Counted from the first letter of the whole stretch, positions 1 to 13,202 are shown. The stretch: DNA of 61,823 bases, filler included, from Kipferlia bialata (GCA_003568945.1; 3 parts of 2 records of this genome joined end to end with filler, not necessarily neighbours in it), one strand, 5' to 3'. Numbers and translations are program-made. The notes: generated by a model from the letters alone, not told the origin.

Positions 1-50
<50 letters not shown>
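1..50. repeat. (CT)n microsatellite inside an intron
   Basis: 25 CT units at the window start, followed by ctcactcccag acceptor at ~63. Confidence 0.95.
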
Positions 51-52
<2 letters not shown>

Positions 53-63
53 CTCACTCCCAG

Positions 64-3000
64 CCGAGGCCCTTGTCATGCAGGACGATGTCAACTGCGG
101 CCTATCAGTCATTCTCACAACGGGCACAGACAACAGCATGGTGGTACGCATCCCTCCTTTCTTAGGAAGAGACCTTTCTCTATCACACACACCCACTCTC
201 ACCCCAAGTGGACCACGCCTTGGACCTGTGACGCCAACACAGCCATTGAGTGCCATGGGACTGAGGTGACTACTGTTATAACTACTAGAGTAGATACTGT
301 AGTGTATCATGACTACTTGAATTAGTAGGTACTGGACTGTGGGAGTCACGTCAACCTCTAATCACCTCCATATCCTCTATACAAATAGAATGTATAGAAT
401 ATATACTACATATTCTCTCACCCTAGTGTGTTGTCAGCACCCCTCTGGCCATTGACCCTGACACCGATGTCAACCCAGACCAGGACGTGACGGGGAAGAT
501 CGAGGTCTACTCAGTGGACACGGGTGAGTATGTCTCTCATTTTGATACAGACTACATACAGTATACATACTATATGTAGACTCAATGATAGACTATATAC
601 ACGATACATGATGCTTCCCGAGGCTCAGGTGTGTATTACTCACTATACTACCACTCTCCTCACCCCCCAGGCACAGCAGTCAAGACAGCAACCATATACG
701 GTTACGTCTTCTCTGACGCTGATTTCAAGGTGAGTGTAACGTAATCACCATACCCTCCACCCCAGTCTAGAACCACTGATGTCTCCCAAAGTGTATATAC
801 TAAGTAATGACACAGGGTATTGGTATGGGTGGCTCTCTCTCCTTTGAGGGCGACAGGATTGTGGCCTCTCCCACTCTTGGCCAGACAGGGCCCATCCAAG
901 TGTACGACTCTCTCTCTCTCTCACTCCTTCCTGTAGTAGTTCCTGTCTCACTGGATTCCACACACCCTCTCTCCCTGTCTATTCCCCCTCCTTTCCCAGC
1001 TCTATCCACTATCTACCCTTACAGGTTTGACCGTGCTACCTCAGGGGGTACTGACTGGGTACTCACCGGATTGGCATGGAATGTACGTCCCCCTTTGCAC
1101 CACTTCTCTCTCTCTCATCCAATAGGACTTCACTACATCTGACTACCATTTCTCTCTCTCCCACTCTCTCTCACCAATTAGGACTTCACCGTCTCTGACC
1201 CTGCCTGGAGCACCTATGTCGCATCAGTGGGCAACGACGTGTACTCCTTCTACCCGTACGTGACATGATCTAATCAACCTTCCTTCACAAACTACCCACC
1301 TACACATAGATACTAGTACCTTACATATAACCGCAATATGTATATACGTATGAAATATGTATCTGTGTACCCACCCCAGACAGATGGCTGTCTACGATGC
1401 CGAGACCGATACCTTTGCATCGACAGAGACTGGGGGGGTCATGCAGTACAGACAGGTACCCTAGATACTGTCTATAGTATATATTACAGACGTACTAAGT
1501 ATACATATATACTACATCGAGATATACAATATAGGTAGGTCGGGGGGGGTCATGCAGTACAGACAGGTATATATTGAATACTCAAGTACAGACAGGTACC
1601 CAGTGGTGTAATTGCTATCTATCCTGTATCTTTCTCCTCCCTTGAAACACACACCACTCCTTGCTCGCTCTCTCTCTCCCCCTTGCTAACCCCAGGTCTT
1701 CACCGACTCCCTCTCCATCGACTCTGTGTCACAGGGGGTAGAGGCAGGCAAGGGTTTCACAGGGTCATACCAGCTGACAGACGTCGACGGTGGTATAGTC
1801 CCCAAGGTATCCCTCTCACCTACACCTGACCCTCTACACATCCTGGAATATATACTACGCTGTAATTTAGTACCACCCGTTCTCCATCAAACCAACCCAC
1901 CCCAGACGCTGTCCTCCAACGCCCTCTTCCTGCACAACATATCCTTCTGGACATCAGCAGAGTGGGACGAGGGTACTGAGGGCTACACATTCACTGTGGC
2001 AGAGAGTGACACATGGATGGCAGACGGACCTCAGCAGGTAGTGCTTCACAGTCAGACTCTCTCTCTCATTTACACTCCTTCACACTGTCTTTCAGCACAT
2101 GGTGGCGCCTCTACTCTTCCTTTGTCGACCTACCCCTTTCAGTCTCTCAGTCTCTTTCTCACCCTCACCCCAGGTTGACCTGTACATGGACCTTGTCTCA
2201 GATGACACTGTGGCCCTGCTCTCCGAGGTATATATAGTATATAGTATATAGTATATAGTACACACACACACCTTATCTCCACTGCACTCCACCCTGCACC
2301 ATCTCTCCACCCCCAACCCCAGACTGTCGATGTGTGGGTCTATGTCACAGAGCCCCAGGTCGTTGAGAGCATTGCAGCCTCCCGCCCCCAGGGCGCCATC
2401 CAACTGCTCTCTCCCTCTACCACAGGTATTCCCTCTCTCCCTTCTCTCTCTATCATACGTAGCAGGGATCTGTATTTTTAGGGATCCACATAGTGTTGCG
2501 CTACATATCCCTCACACTAGCTGGTGCCGGTGTGGGTGTCTCCATCTCTGCGGGTACCGATGCCGAGTGGGAGGGGCAGGACGGGGGGGAGCTGCTGGTG
2601 GTAGGGTCTGAGACAGGCCACTGGTACACATACAGCCTCGACGATAGCACAGGTAGGTTACTCCTGTTGGGGTTCGAACTATGTATATATTTATCTGTGG
2701 TTTGCGGTTTCTCCCCAAATATTCGATTCATCATTTTACCCCCCAGGCTTCTACGAGCTCATCAACACAGAGTACGAGGAGGGGTTCGGAGGCACTCTGG
2801 AGATGACCTATCTGGTATGTCTCACTATCGTTGTTTGTACAGTGTATCAGTATTACCCCCTCACCTCCCAGCAGTACTCTGGATGCCTGAGGTCCTTCAT
2901 GGTCATGTCAGACCCAGACTCGAGCAAGGTGAGGCCATATATATACTATACTCCTTATACAATATACTCCAGTATTTACAAATGGGGTGGGTGGGTCTTC

Positions 3001-6000
3001 ATGGTCATGTCAGACCCAGACCCAAGCAAGGNNNNNNNNNNNNNNNNNNNNNNNNNNNNNNNNNNNNNNNNNNNNNNNNNNNNNNNNNNNNNNNNNNNNN
3101 NNNNNNNNNNNNNNNCAATATACTCCACCATATACAAATGGGGTGGGTGGGTCTTCATGGTCATGTCAGAACCGGACTCAAGCAAGGTACAAGCTATATA
3201 TATTTACACTACACTATATACTATATACTACACTATTTACTATTTACTATATACTATACTATTTGCTATTTACTATACTATATACTCATGGGGTGGGTGG
3301 TCTTCATGGTCATGTCAGACCCTGACTCGGGCGAGGTGGGGGTATATTGATATACTATATACTATATATACTACTATACTTTACATACTCCTGGGAAGGT
3401 TGGTGTTTGATATACTCCGTCTCTATCTCGCTCACTACGAGCCCCAGTGGATACATCTGTCTCTATTCCTCTATACATACCTATTCTCTCTCTCACCCCA
3501 GGTGATGCTGAAGGAGTGGGACGAGAACAACCTGGAGTGGGACCTCGTTGACGATACCCTTCTGTCCGATGATCGGTTCACAGACCTGGGGGGGTCTGGT
3601 GAGTAGTATTTGTAGTATGGCAGTGTCGGTATCACCAGGAGACACGAACAGTGGAGAGATGTGGTGATTCCCCCTCACCCCCTATCCTCACCCCCAGTGG
3701 CTATTGGCTGGCCCGGGTGGTACGGCTACTACGCCTTTACCGCGTACTACCTGGACTACCTGATGATCGCTGCATACAACACATGGCCAGGTAGGAACCA
3801 TGTGTGTATCAGTATCTATACTGATACTAATACGATTACCTGGGCCAATTACTGGGACTACTACACACACACCTCTGACGCTAGGCAAGACCACCCCTGA
3901 CACTTCTGTTCCCGACGGATTCGTGTGTGCGTCCATGAAGCCTAGGATATCACTCGGAGGTACAGCCTACTCCATAGCGGCCATAGTATTTACAAATGCA
4001 CAAGATATTCGTATCGTCCCTAACTACACCCTTCTCTCACCTACAGGATCCTATCTGGCCCTCACTGGCGGAGAGGACAGTTACGCCTATGTCATCGACC
4101 TCAGTGACACAGGTAGGGATATAGCTCTCTCTGTTGCTACACCGTCCTCTACACCTTCCTCTACCACTTTCCTTACCTCCAGAGGCTGAGTGGCAGCGTC
4201 TCTACTGCTCCACAGGAACCGTGACAGACGTTGTGGTGTACGAATTGGATCTGGACCAGTGGCCGAAGTACAACATTGGGCTGGGCCTGGTGTCAGATGA
4301 CAGTCCAGACATGAACGGGGATATCACAGGTATGTATATGTGTATGTGTGTGCATGTATATACGGTGATATCATAGGTGCCGCCACATCATCCATCCATA
4401 TACAATAGAGCATGTATACATATATATATCTCACTCGCAGGCACCATCACGATGTACGAGTACTCCAAGGAGTCAACTCCTTTGTATATATACATCTATC
4501 TATATATGTACAGATATATGATATGTAGGTAGGCATGCATTCCTAACCCCCAGGCACCATCACCATGTATGAGTACTCCAAGGAGTCAGCCACCCACGAC
4601 GATGGGTTTGTCTACAAGTCAACTGTCTATGGCCCTGCAGACGCCTTCCCTAACGGGGTATGTACCCCCCTCTCACTCTCTCTTTAGTCTTCCACCCCTT
4701 TCTCACTCAGGATCAGACGTCTGGAATAGCTGCCTGTGAGTTTGTTGACATGAAGAATGAGTACATGACATGTACCTACGCAGATGGACAGAACGGACCA
4801 GCCCTCACGTGAGTACTCTCCTTCGTTCTCTCCCCCCTCCTCTCTCTCTTGCTTATTCTCAGATACCACTATATATATATGTGTATATATATATATGCTT
4901 ACTCCCAGATACCACTAGTACTATGATATATATATATATATATGCTTACTCCCAGATACCACTATGAGGATGCCAACGGAGACTATGAGGCAGACGATAC
5001 GGGAGGCCAGTCATACGTCCTGCAGCATGTGGACTACCCCTTCAGTGTACGTATATATATCTCTCTCATACTACCCTTCGCCGCTCTTTTCTTATAGGTA
5101 CTCTACATATACTTGCGGTATACGTGGATGGCCAGACCACTTTTGATTAGATATCTCCCTCTCTTTCTATCTTGCTCCTACGCTACCCCCTATTCCCTGT
5201 GCTCTTAGTCAGGTTACTTGTACATACTCACTATGTCTTATACCCATCTAATGCCCAACTTATACCCCCCTTATACCCAACTTATACCCCCGTTATACCC
5301 ACCTTATGCCCAGGGTACCCAGGATACCTTTGCCGGAGATGTGGCGAGACTCCATGAGTACACGTTTGTCGCAGATAGGTACCCTTCCCTCCCCCATATT
5401 GTTGCTGTATCTATATGTGTACACTACCCCCACTACGTACCCCTTACCTATATATGTATACATACTACTACTATATAGGTAGGTCCACCTCACCCCAGCA
5501 CAGCCCTCGTTCCTGGCTCCACTACCGCTGCTGGAGGTATGTGTATGTGTGGTAGGTGTATAGTCGCTATAGTATTGATGCTGTAACTGACATACTAGGT
5601 GTGTATGTCATGCGTGATGTCTATGCAGACGAGGCCACTCTCAGTGTGACTGAGTACACTCTGACTGAGGAGGAGGGCACTCTCTCTCTCTCTCTCCTCA
5701 CTGACAAGAGCGACTCCTCTTCCACCCTAACCACACCCCTCCTCGATGGCCAGCTCTGGGTCGAGGTGTACGACTCACAGGGCACCCTCTCCTCAACTGT
5801 GGCCACCTACACATTCGACGAGACTGCCTACACATACACCTTCGACGTGACTATGCCTGTGGTGGCTGGCACCGCTGAGGTCAAGGTGGTACTGGCCGAG
5901 TGGTCGATGCTCGATACCAAGCTAGAGTTTGATGTCAAGATTGACGTCCTGTTCACATCTACAGACATTTCTAGTCTGACCGGTACCTCTACTTGTGGCA

Positions 6001-8550
6001 CTGAGACACTCACCTATTCCCTGCTGGGCGATGAGGGTGAGGGTGATGGCCCTGTACCATGGACTGAGGACCTTGCTAGTGACATGACTGCAGTGTGGGA
6101 CGATGCTGCTGAGACCACCAACACAGTCACATACACTGACGGAGTGTACTCTGTGGCGGTGGTATACCCTAGTGGAGCAGGTACCTACACCCTCTCCATC
6201 AGTGTCATGGGGTCAGTGCTGCTAGGCACCAGGGAGGTCACGGTGGCACCCACCTTCTCCGCTTCCCTCTCCGTTGTCACTCTGTTGCCTGCACAGTCTC
6301 TCTATGGAGCCGCTACCTCGTACCAACTAGTACCTAGGGACGAGTGTGGTCTGCAGATGGACGAGACGGAGACGAGTGTTGCCTTTGCTCTTGGAGACGC
6401 CCCTCTCTCCACTCCTACCATACTGGATACAGCCAACAACTGGACGGTCTCTGTCACATCTGACATCACCTCCGAGGGTCTCTGGACCTTCACAGGCTAT
6501 GCTGCAGACGGTGTGACTGAGGTGGACTCTACAGTGCTGGAGGTGGCACATGAGTACGTCACGGAGGACAGTGTCTCTAGGGGTGTCTCCAAGGGCCTCT
6601 CCTCTCTGACAGGCCTACCCTCTGCTACTGACACTGCCTTCTCTATTGTCTACACGGTGCGTGACCTCTATGGTGAGGCCTTCCTCAGTGATGTCGCCTC
6701 TCTGCTCTGGGACGGGACTGCTATCACTACATGCACGGTAGACACTGTGACAGGTGCTGTGACATGCACTGGCACCAGTGACGTGCATCCGGAGCAGCTG
6801 ACAGTCGAGGTTGCCCTACCATCGGGTGAGGTTGTGGTATCCGATGATGTTGACACTGAGTACGGTCTCACCTCCTCCCTCTCCCTCTCCGTCTCCACCC
6901 CTTGTGACACCGAGTCTGCTGAGTTCACACTACTCAGAGACGGCACCCCCTATGTTACTAGCCTTCTCTCTGTCCTCTCTGCCTCATGGGATGACTCTGA
7001 GGACCTTACTACTGTGTCAAAGGGTACCGGTGATGGTGTCTACTACCTGGCTGTTGGAGCGAGAGAGGTTGGGACCCACACCCTGACCGTGTATCTAGAC
7101 GGGGATGTCCTTTGTTCAGATACCGTTGACATCGCCCAGGTTGCAGCAGGGACAGACGGTGGCTCAGTCGTGGTGGCCGAGGGAGACGACCCAACTGTAG
7201 GGGACACCTTGGTCGTCCAGGTAAGATGCTCTCCCCCACTATCAGGCAACAGTTGCTCCTCAGTACACCTCTCTCCACTACATGTTTCCCTCTGTGTCAG
7301 AGTATCTGCGCTTACCTTAGCTGTTGCTCTTGGATACATGTGGTGATCCCATGGATGCCGTAGAGGATATCCCAGCCACACTCAGAGTGAGTGGCTCCTA
7401 TATGTATATATACTGTGCTCTGATAGCTACAGAGTGCTTGGCTCCTATAGGGCTTTGACAGTAAGATGCTTGCGTGATATACTCACTGTTGCCTTACCCT
7501 AGGTTCGCCGTTCCACTACATTCGAGGTGGTGGAGACAGTTGACTTCGTGTCCACCGTCTCTGACGATGCTGCAAAGGTACACACCAAGGAGTCTGTGAC
7601 CAGCACCAAGTACGCCGAGTCATGTTAGTTTACGAATCCCCAGTCCACTCTCACCCCCCAGCTATAACTTCTACGCCACACCATCCGCCTTCACCAGTGA
7701 GGGTGTGTACTCACTCGAGGTTCTCTTTGGCGAGAGCGACGTAGCCGTACTCTCTTCCTCCCTCTCGGTGTTCACTGGATATGCTTCAGTGGGTGATGTC
7801 TCCGTCGGTGTCTCTGGGACCCTATCCACCCTCTCAGGCGTGCCATCCTCTGGCTACACTGTTGGTGACCCATACTCCCTGACGCTGGTACTCACCGACC
7901 TAGAGGGCACTGCTCTATCCCAGAATCTGTCCCCTACCTGTACCATGGCGGGTTATGCCATGGATCCAGTGTACGATGCAGCTACCTCTGTCTACACCCT
8001 CTCTGGCCTAGTACCCGAGGTTGAGGACGCCGCGTCCCTTGACGTTGTGTGCAGTGTAGACGGGGTGGAGATGGTACGTGCAGTGTGTTCCCTCGACCAG
8101 GGTGGACTACCCTTCTGGGCATACCTTCTCATTGGAGGTGTGACCCTCTGTCTCATTGGCCTAGGCGTGTACTACTTGTGGACACACCAGACTAAGGACA
8201 CGTGCAGTGGGATGGACAGACACGCCAAGGTACAGGACTCCAAGGTGGACGATGGACTGGTTGGTGTGGGTGGTACTGTTGCTGTAGAGCCAGTCATGGC
8301 CGTTCCCGTCATGCCAGTCCAGACAATTCCGGTAGGGTTTGTGCCTATCGAACTCATTCAGCCCCAGGTGGAGGAGGCAGGTGAGGAGGATGGTCTTCCC
8401 AACCCCTCTGTGCCTGTCAACCCCGACTCTGAGTCCTCGGTAGGGTTTGAGGGCGAGATTGACTGTGACTTCCATGTTGTAGTGGAGGACGGACAGGGGG
8501 AGAGAGAGGGAGAGGACGAGGCCCTTATGCCACTGGATTGCAAGGTGTGA
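64..8550 (+). CDS. Large multi-exon type I membrane/surface protein (beta-propeller/FG-GAP-like N-part, Ig/filamin-invasin-like repeats, C-terminal TM); 5' end outside window
   Basis: Many short exons bounded by cccag/gt sites; long exons in ORFs 5556-7346 and 7705-8550 are T/S/V/D-rich beta-strand repeats with YQLVPRDECG and YTVRDLYGE motifs; ELLVVGSETGHWYTYSLD resembles a propeller blade; TM segment FWAYLLIGGVTLCLIGLGVYYLW, acidic tail, stop at 8550. Confidence 0.75.
3032..3115. other. Assembly gap (N) within a tandem exon-end duplication
   Basis: N run flanked by copies of the same FMVMSDPDSSK-coding unit. Confidence 0.95.
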
Positions 8551-9795
8551 TATGGTTTGATATGTTACGATATTGTACGCGCCTTGTGTCTCGTATCTGA
8601 CGTCAGGGTATCAGCCAGGTGAACCTTCTCACACAGACTGCGGAGGAGGGAGAGCTATAAGTACCCCTTCAATCGACGGTATAGGGACTTGGATATATAG
8701 TTAGAGTAGGAGTCTACCTGCTCTACCTGTGGGGTGTATCTACTATTGTGTTACGAATCCGCTGATTTGGTATATAGAGTGCCGAGGTAAACATAAATTG
8801 TATTTGTAGTCGTTGACTGTGTGGTTGCATGGTTTGTACTGCTTGAACCCACTCAGTGTGTAACTCTGTGAGCTCTACCGTACACCCACTCTAAAGTCAT
8901 ACGCTGCCTTTTACCAGGCCAACTTTGTTCGAATGATTAATTGATATAGAAAGACTAACCTCAGTCACCTATTTCATGGGGAGTGTTGTCAACCTAGGGC
9001 AAGGACCAGCCCTTCGAGAGATCTGTGTCACACAGGCCGTTGCTAGCTGTAACCAGCCTAGCCCAGTCGGTCAGTGATTTCACACGCCTGTTGAAGGTAA
9101 CCTCTAATGACGGTGTGACTCTTGACGCGGTCGCTGTAGCGGTATACGAGTCGTATCCGTTAAACGAACAGGTGATATGGCAAGTTCTTCACGCATCAAG
9201 TGCTCTTAACTTTAGAGTCTTAAGTCACCATTGAGGGGCTCTTTGGTGCCGAGGGAAACCAATCTTAAGCTACAACCTTATGAGATCAACCCGTGGCTGC
9301 TGCTCTCATTCAGGTAGCATACGTTGATAACTCCTGGAACACAACCCCTGGGTATCATGGAGTATATTCAATATACTATATTGTTCTTAGTACAATCTAC
9401 TACTTCTTCTTGAAAGGCACACAAGTTGTGTGACACAACCAAGGGTGGAAACTTTCCACTGGAAAGTAGGCATATTGGTGTGCACTAGCCGATACTTGTA
9501 TCATCATGTCTATTCGCATCCGGACCAGTCCAAACATATAGCAATGATTGACTCTACGCACTTGTGAGGTGGTCGGACCTACATGGTTTGTATATAGGTC
9601 CGCCAGTACGGATCCTGTGACAGAACCTGTCAGACAGGACCTGTCACTGCCTTGCGGTATGTCAGTGACAAATGTACAATGAACAATGTACACTGATCAT
9701 ATACACACTCTATTGTCTCTTAGTTAACATGTAAATATACAATTGAATACACAGGAATATGGAAGGGAGACCCCCCCTCCTCTCTCCCTCTCTCT

Positions 9796-11365
9796 TTACT
9801 CCACAGACCCAGGGAGAGACACCTCCCGTGCTGGAGCCTCCATCGAGACCTCCTCCTGCCCCTGCTCCGCCTCCACACTGGCAGTATCAGTGGGGTTGGC
9901 CTCGAGGTCGTCGGCCTTGGACTCAACGGAGCTGCGTCTGAGTCTCCTGGGCCTGACTGCATCCATGAAGGGAGCCACACCCACCACAGCGTCACCCACA
10001 GTGGGTGAGAGGTAGGTGGCAGCTACCACGGCAACAGGGATAACAGCCACAGCAGCTACCAGCACAAGGCCCCAGATACTGCCACCCTCGACGGTAACAC
10101 TGCCTGAGGTAGGAGTAAGAGAGACAGTGTGCATTAGAGCTTTGGAAGAGAGGTGAAGTAATGGCGTTCAGAGAGAGAGGTGATGAAGTTGGCTCCACTC
10201 TACCTGTGGCAAAGGCGACGCCGTCAATGGCAGCAGAGAGAGAGACGTCTCCCTTGGTAGAGAGTGACGCTGCAGCCTGGTACACAGAGGCAGCAGCCAC
10301 CCAGGCAGCAGGGTGGGCGACACCACCCACTGATAGCACCACGTCACTGGATGCCTCTATCGTGTTGCTGTACTGGTCGACAGGGGACATTGAGACGGTG
10401 AGGGTGTCGCCCTTGTTGGCGACGGCCTGGTGCGACATGGAAGAGAGAGAGGGGTAGACAGGGCCGGCGACAATGGTGACACTTCCCGTCTTGAACTCTG
10501 CTCCTGAAGGTGAGGCAGGAGACCGATAGACCGATAGATGGATAGATAGCTGACAGAGGAGAAGGGTAAAGAGGGCTACAACCAGAGAGAGAAAGAGAGA
10601 GTACCTGACACTCCATCATAGATGACTATAGGCTGCTCTCCAGCTGTGGTGAGGCCTGTAAGGTCAGGACACTCCCACCCCATAACAAAGGAGCCTGGTA
10701 TAAGGGACTGGAGACAGAGAGAGGACGGTTACTATGACAGGGGAGGAAGATAGGAGGGTATAGGTGGGGGAAAGTCCCCTATTGCTAGAGAGTGCCAACC
10801 ACACGTACATGGTGCGGGTGCTGTGTCGTTTGGGAGGCCGATGCTGAAGGAGTAAGGGTCCCTGTGGTCTGGGATGATGAGCACAGTCTCGGGCGAGTAA
10901 GGACTGAACGAGACAGAGACGGCATCCCCGGCAACAGTGGCTGAGGTTTGGATAACGGAGGTTGCGGCATCAGGGACACCGCACTGGGTCTGCACAGTGG
11001 CCTGGGTTAGGTATATACTAGGATACATAAGTATATAGAGAGCCATATATATAGTATCAGGGACACCACACTGGGTCTGCACAGTGGCCTGGGTTAGGGG
11101 TATGAGTATCTAGTACATATATATATGCTAGATACACAAATATATAGAGAGCCACATATAGAGTATGAGGGACACCGCACTGGGTCTGGACGGTGGCCTT
11201 GGCTAAGGAGTATAGATATAGATATACAGATCATATACGGGTATATATATAGAGAGAGCCATATATATTGTATGAGGCACACCACACTGGGTCTGGACGG
11301 TGGCCTGGGGTAATGCGGTAGGGGGGGGGGGAGGGAGAGAGAGAGAGACAGTGGGGATTGCATGC

Positions 11366-11411
<46 letters not shown>

Positions 11412-11425
11412 ATATATACCTATGC

Positions 11426-11468
<43 letters not shown>

Positions 11469-11930
11469 TACATACTTGGTCAATGTACCCGTGAAGGCAT
11501 TCGTCTATACTATATAATGATTATTATATAGTATGTATTATATAGTATACAATATATACCTGGTCAATGTACTCGTGACTCCTGACATAGGCTGCGGCAT
11601 GGAACCCGGTGGCCGAGTTGGGCGTGAAGGTGAAGGAGTATGTCTGGGTGGCATTGTCCCACACTGGAGTTATGGGAGACAAAGAGAGAGGAAGAGAGGG
11701 AGAGAGTACCTGGGGATATGGGATCCTCAGCCCCTACCACATTGGATATCTCAATTGTGAATGTCTCTGGCTCCCCGGCCTGGGAGTTGGGGAGAGAAAG
11801 GGGGGGGGGAGAGAGAGAGAGAGAGAGGGTGGAGGGGGAGAGATGTGCACCTGTGTGTTTGTGGTACTGAGACTGCCTGACCCGTCGTAGTAGGACATGG
11901 TGTTCCCATACTGGTCCTCAAGAGTGACAT
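9796..11930 (-). CDS. Multi-exon type I membrane protein with Ig/filamin-like repeats (5'-truncated)
   Basis: Spliced exons (VTLE)DQYGNTMSYY.. / AGEPETFTIEISNV.. / WDNATQTYSFTFTP.. / ATVQTQCGVPD.. / ..SMSPVDQYSNTI..; TM IWGLVLVAAVAVIPVAVVAATYL; stop at 9796. Confidence 0.7.
10968..11312 (-). repeat. Four tandem copies of 3' splice site + exon start (ATVQTQCGVP)
   Basis: Copies at ~10970-11005 (functional), ~11056-11092, ~11167-11200 and ~11274-11308, separated by AT-rich spacers. Confidence 0.9.
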
Positions 11931-12013
11931 GGGGTTAGAGCAACTCTCAGGTGATATATATAGTTAGTGATAAATATATATTGATAGATAGATTGACCTG
12001 GGGTAGAGACGAT

Positions 12014-12048
<35 letters not shown>

Positions 12049-12071
12049 GGGGGGGGCCCCCCCACCCCCAG

Positions 12072-12686
12072 CCGATGAGGTGTACAACATGGCCGAGGAG
12101 GGAGATGAGGAGGTGGACGAGGATGTACTCGAGATGATACAGGTGCGCACGGGGTCTCATTACAGTGTGGCGCCATGATGAGTGTCATCCATATAAATAT
12201 AGTCCCCCCTCACCCCCTAGGAGACCAGCAGACACATGGATAACACTACGTCTGATGCATACCTAGGAGGGTGGTGCGACTGGATCCAGGACGTCCAGTA
12301 CCCAGAGTGCCCAGGTGGATACTATATAGTGCATAGTCATACAAATACTATATATATACTATATATGCATTGTCATTGAGTTCCCGCAGTGCCCATGTAC
12401 ACAGTGGGTTACGTGTACACATAAGTATAATCAAGTGGATACACTAGCATATACACTACCATGAGTACCCAGAGTGCCTGTGTGTGGCACTGACGTCTCT
12501 CTCTTTCACACACACCCTCCTCCCCCCCCCCTCATGACAGAGTGTGGAGAGGCCATGCGTGAGGTTGTGCTGAACATGGACACCCTGTCGGACATCGACT
12601 TCATGTGGGGGGACTCGGGGACAGGCCAGGTGTGCCAGTGTGAGACCCACCGACACATCATGGCACTCACATGGGCATCCCACTAG
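12072..12686 (+). CDS. DUF1963/YwqG-like domain protein, C-terminal three exons (5'-truncated)
   Basis: Exons 12072-12142, 12221-12314 and 12541-12686 splice in frame to ..DAYLGGWCDWIQDVQYPECPECGEAMREVVLNMDTLSDIDFMWGDSGTGQVCQCETHRHIMALTWASH*. This fits the recalled LGGxPxWxQ..CPxC..MWGDxG pattern of DUF1963 proteins. Confidence 0.65.
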
Positions 12687-13202
12687 GCAGGGAGATGTGC
12701 CCCGGTGACTCAGCTAGGCTTGGCCAGTGGGTGTTCTACACTATCGATATATATCGATACACCCATGGTTGAGGCACCGTATCCTTGGGGAGTCAGGATG
12801 GTTGGGTGGTGAGTTTGTGATGGGTGTCGTGTCAATTCCCAGCCCGCTTGAGTGCCATTAGACCACTGTTAGAATATATACGTGTTCCGTGTACTCCGTT
12901 GTGATCAGGTCTCTTAACCACCGAGGATATATATAGTAGTAGTTATCGTGGGTGCAGAATGTGGATTGCTACTAATACATATCAAAGCTATCTTTACTCA
13001 GCAATATATGGATTCACATATATAGATCTAGATACTGAGTACATCTATACGTAATGACGCCAAGTCCTGAGTCAGGACTCCTGACTGGACATAGACGTAT
13101 AGAATCTACTGACTGCCATCGGTGTGGAATCCAAAGAGAGGCACTCTCTCTTTACCAACTAATTATATAGAACCAAGTAACCTGATTGGCTTGGCACCAT
13201 AG

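Noticed and set aside
8551..9795. Possible RNA gene or mobile element between convergent genes
   Set aside because: No tRNA cloverleaf, rRNA similarity, terminal repeats or transposase/RT motifs recognisable by eye.
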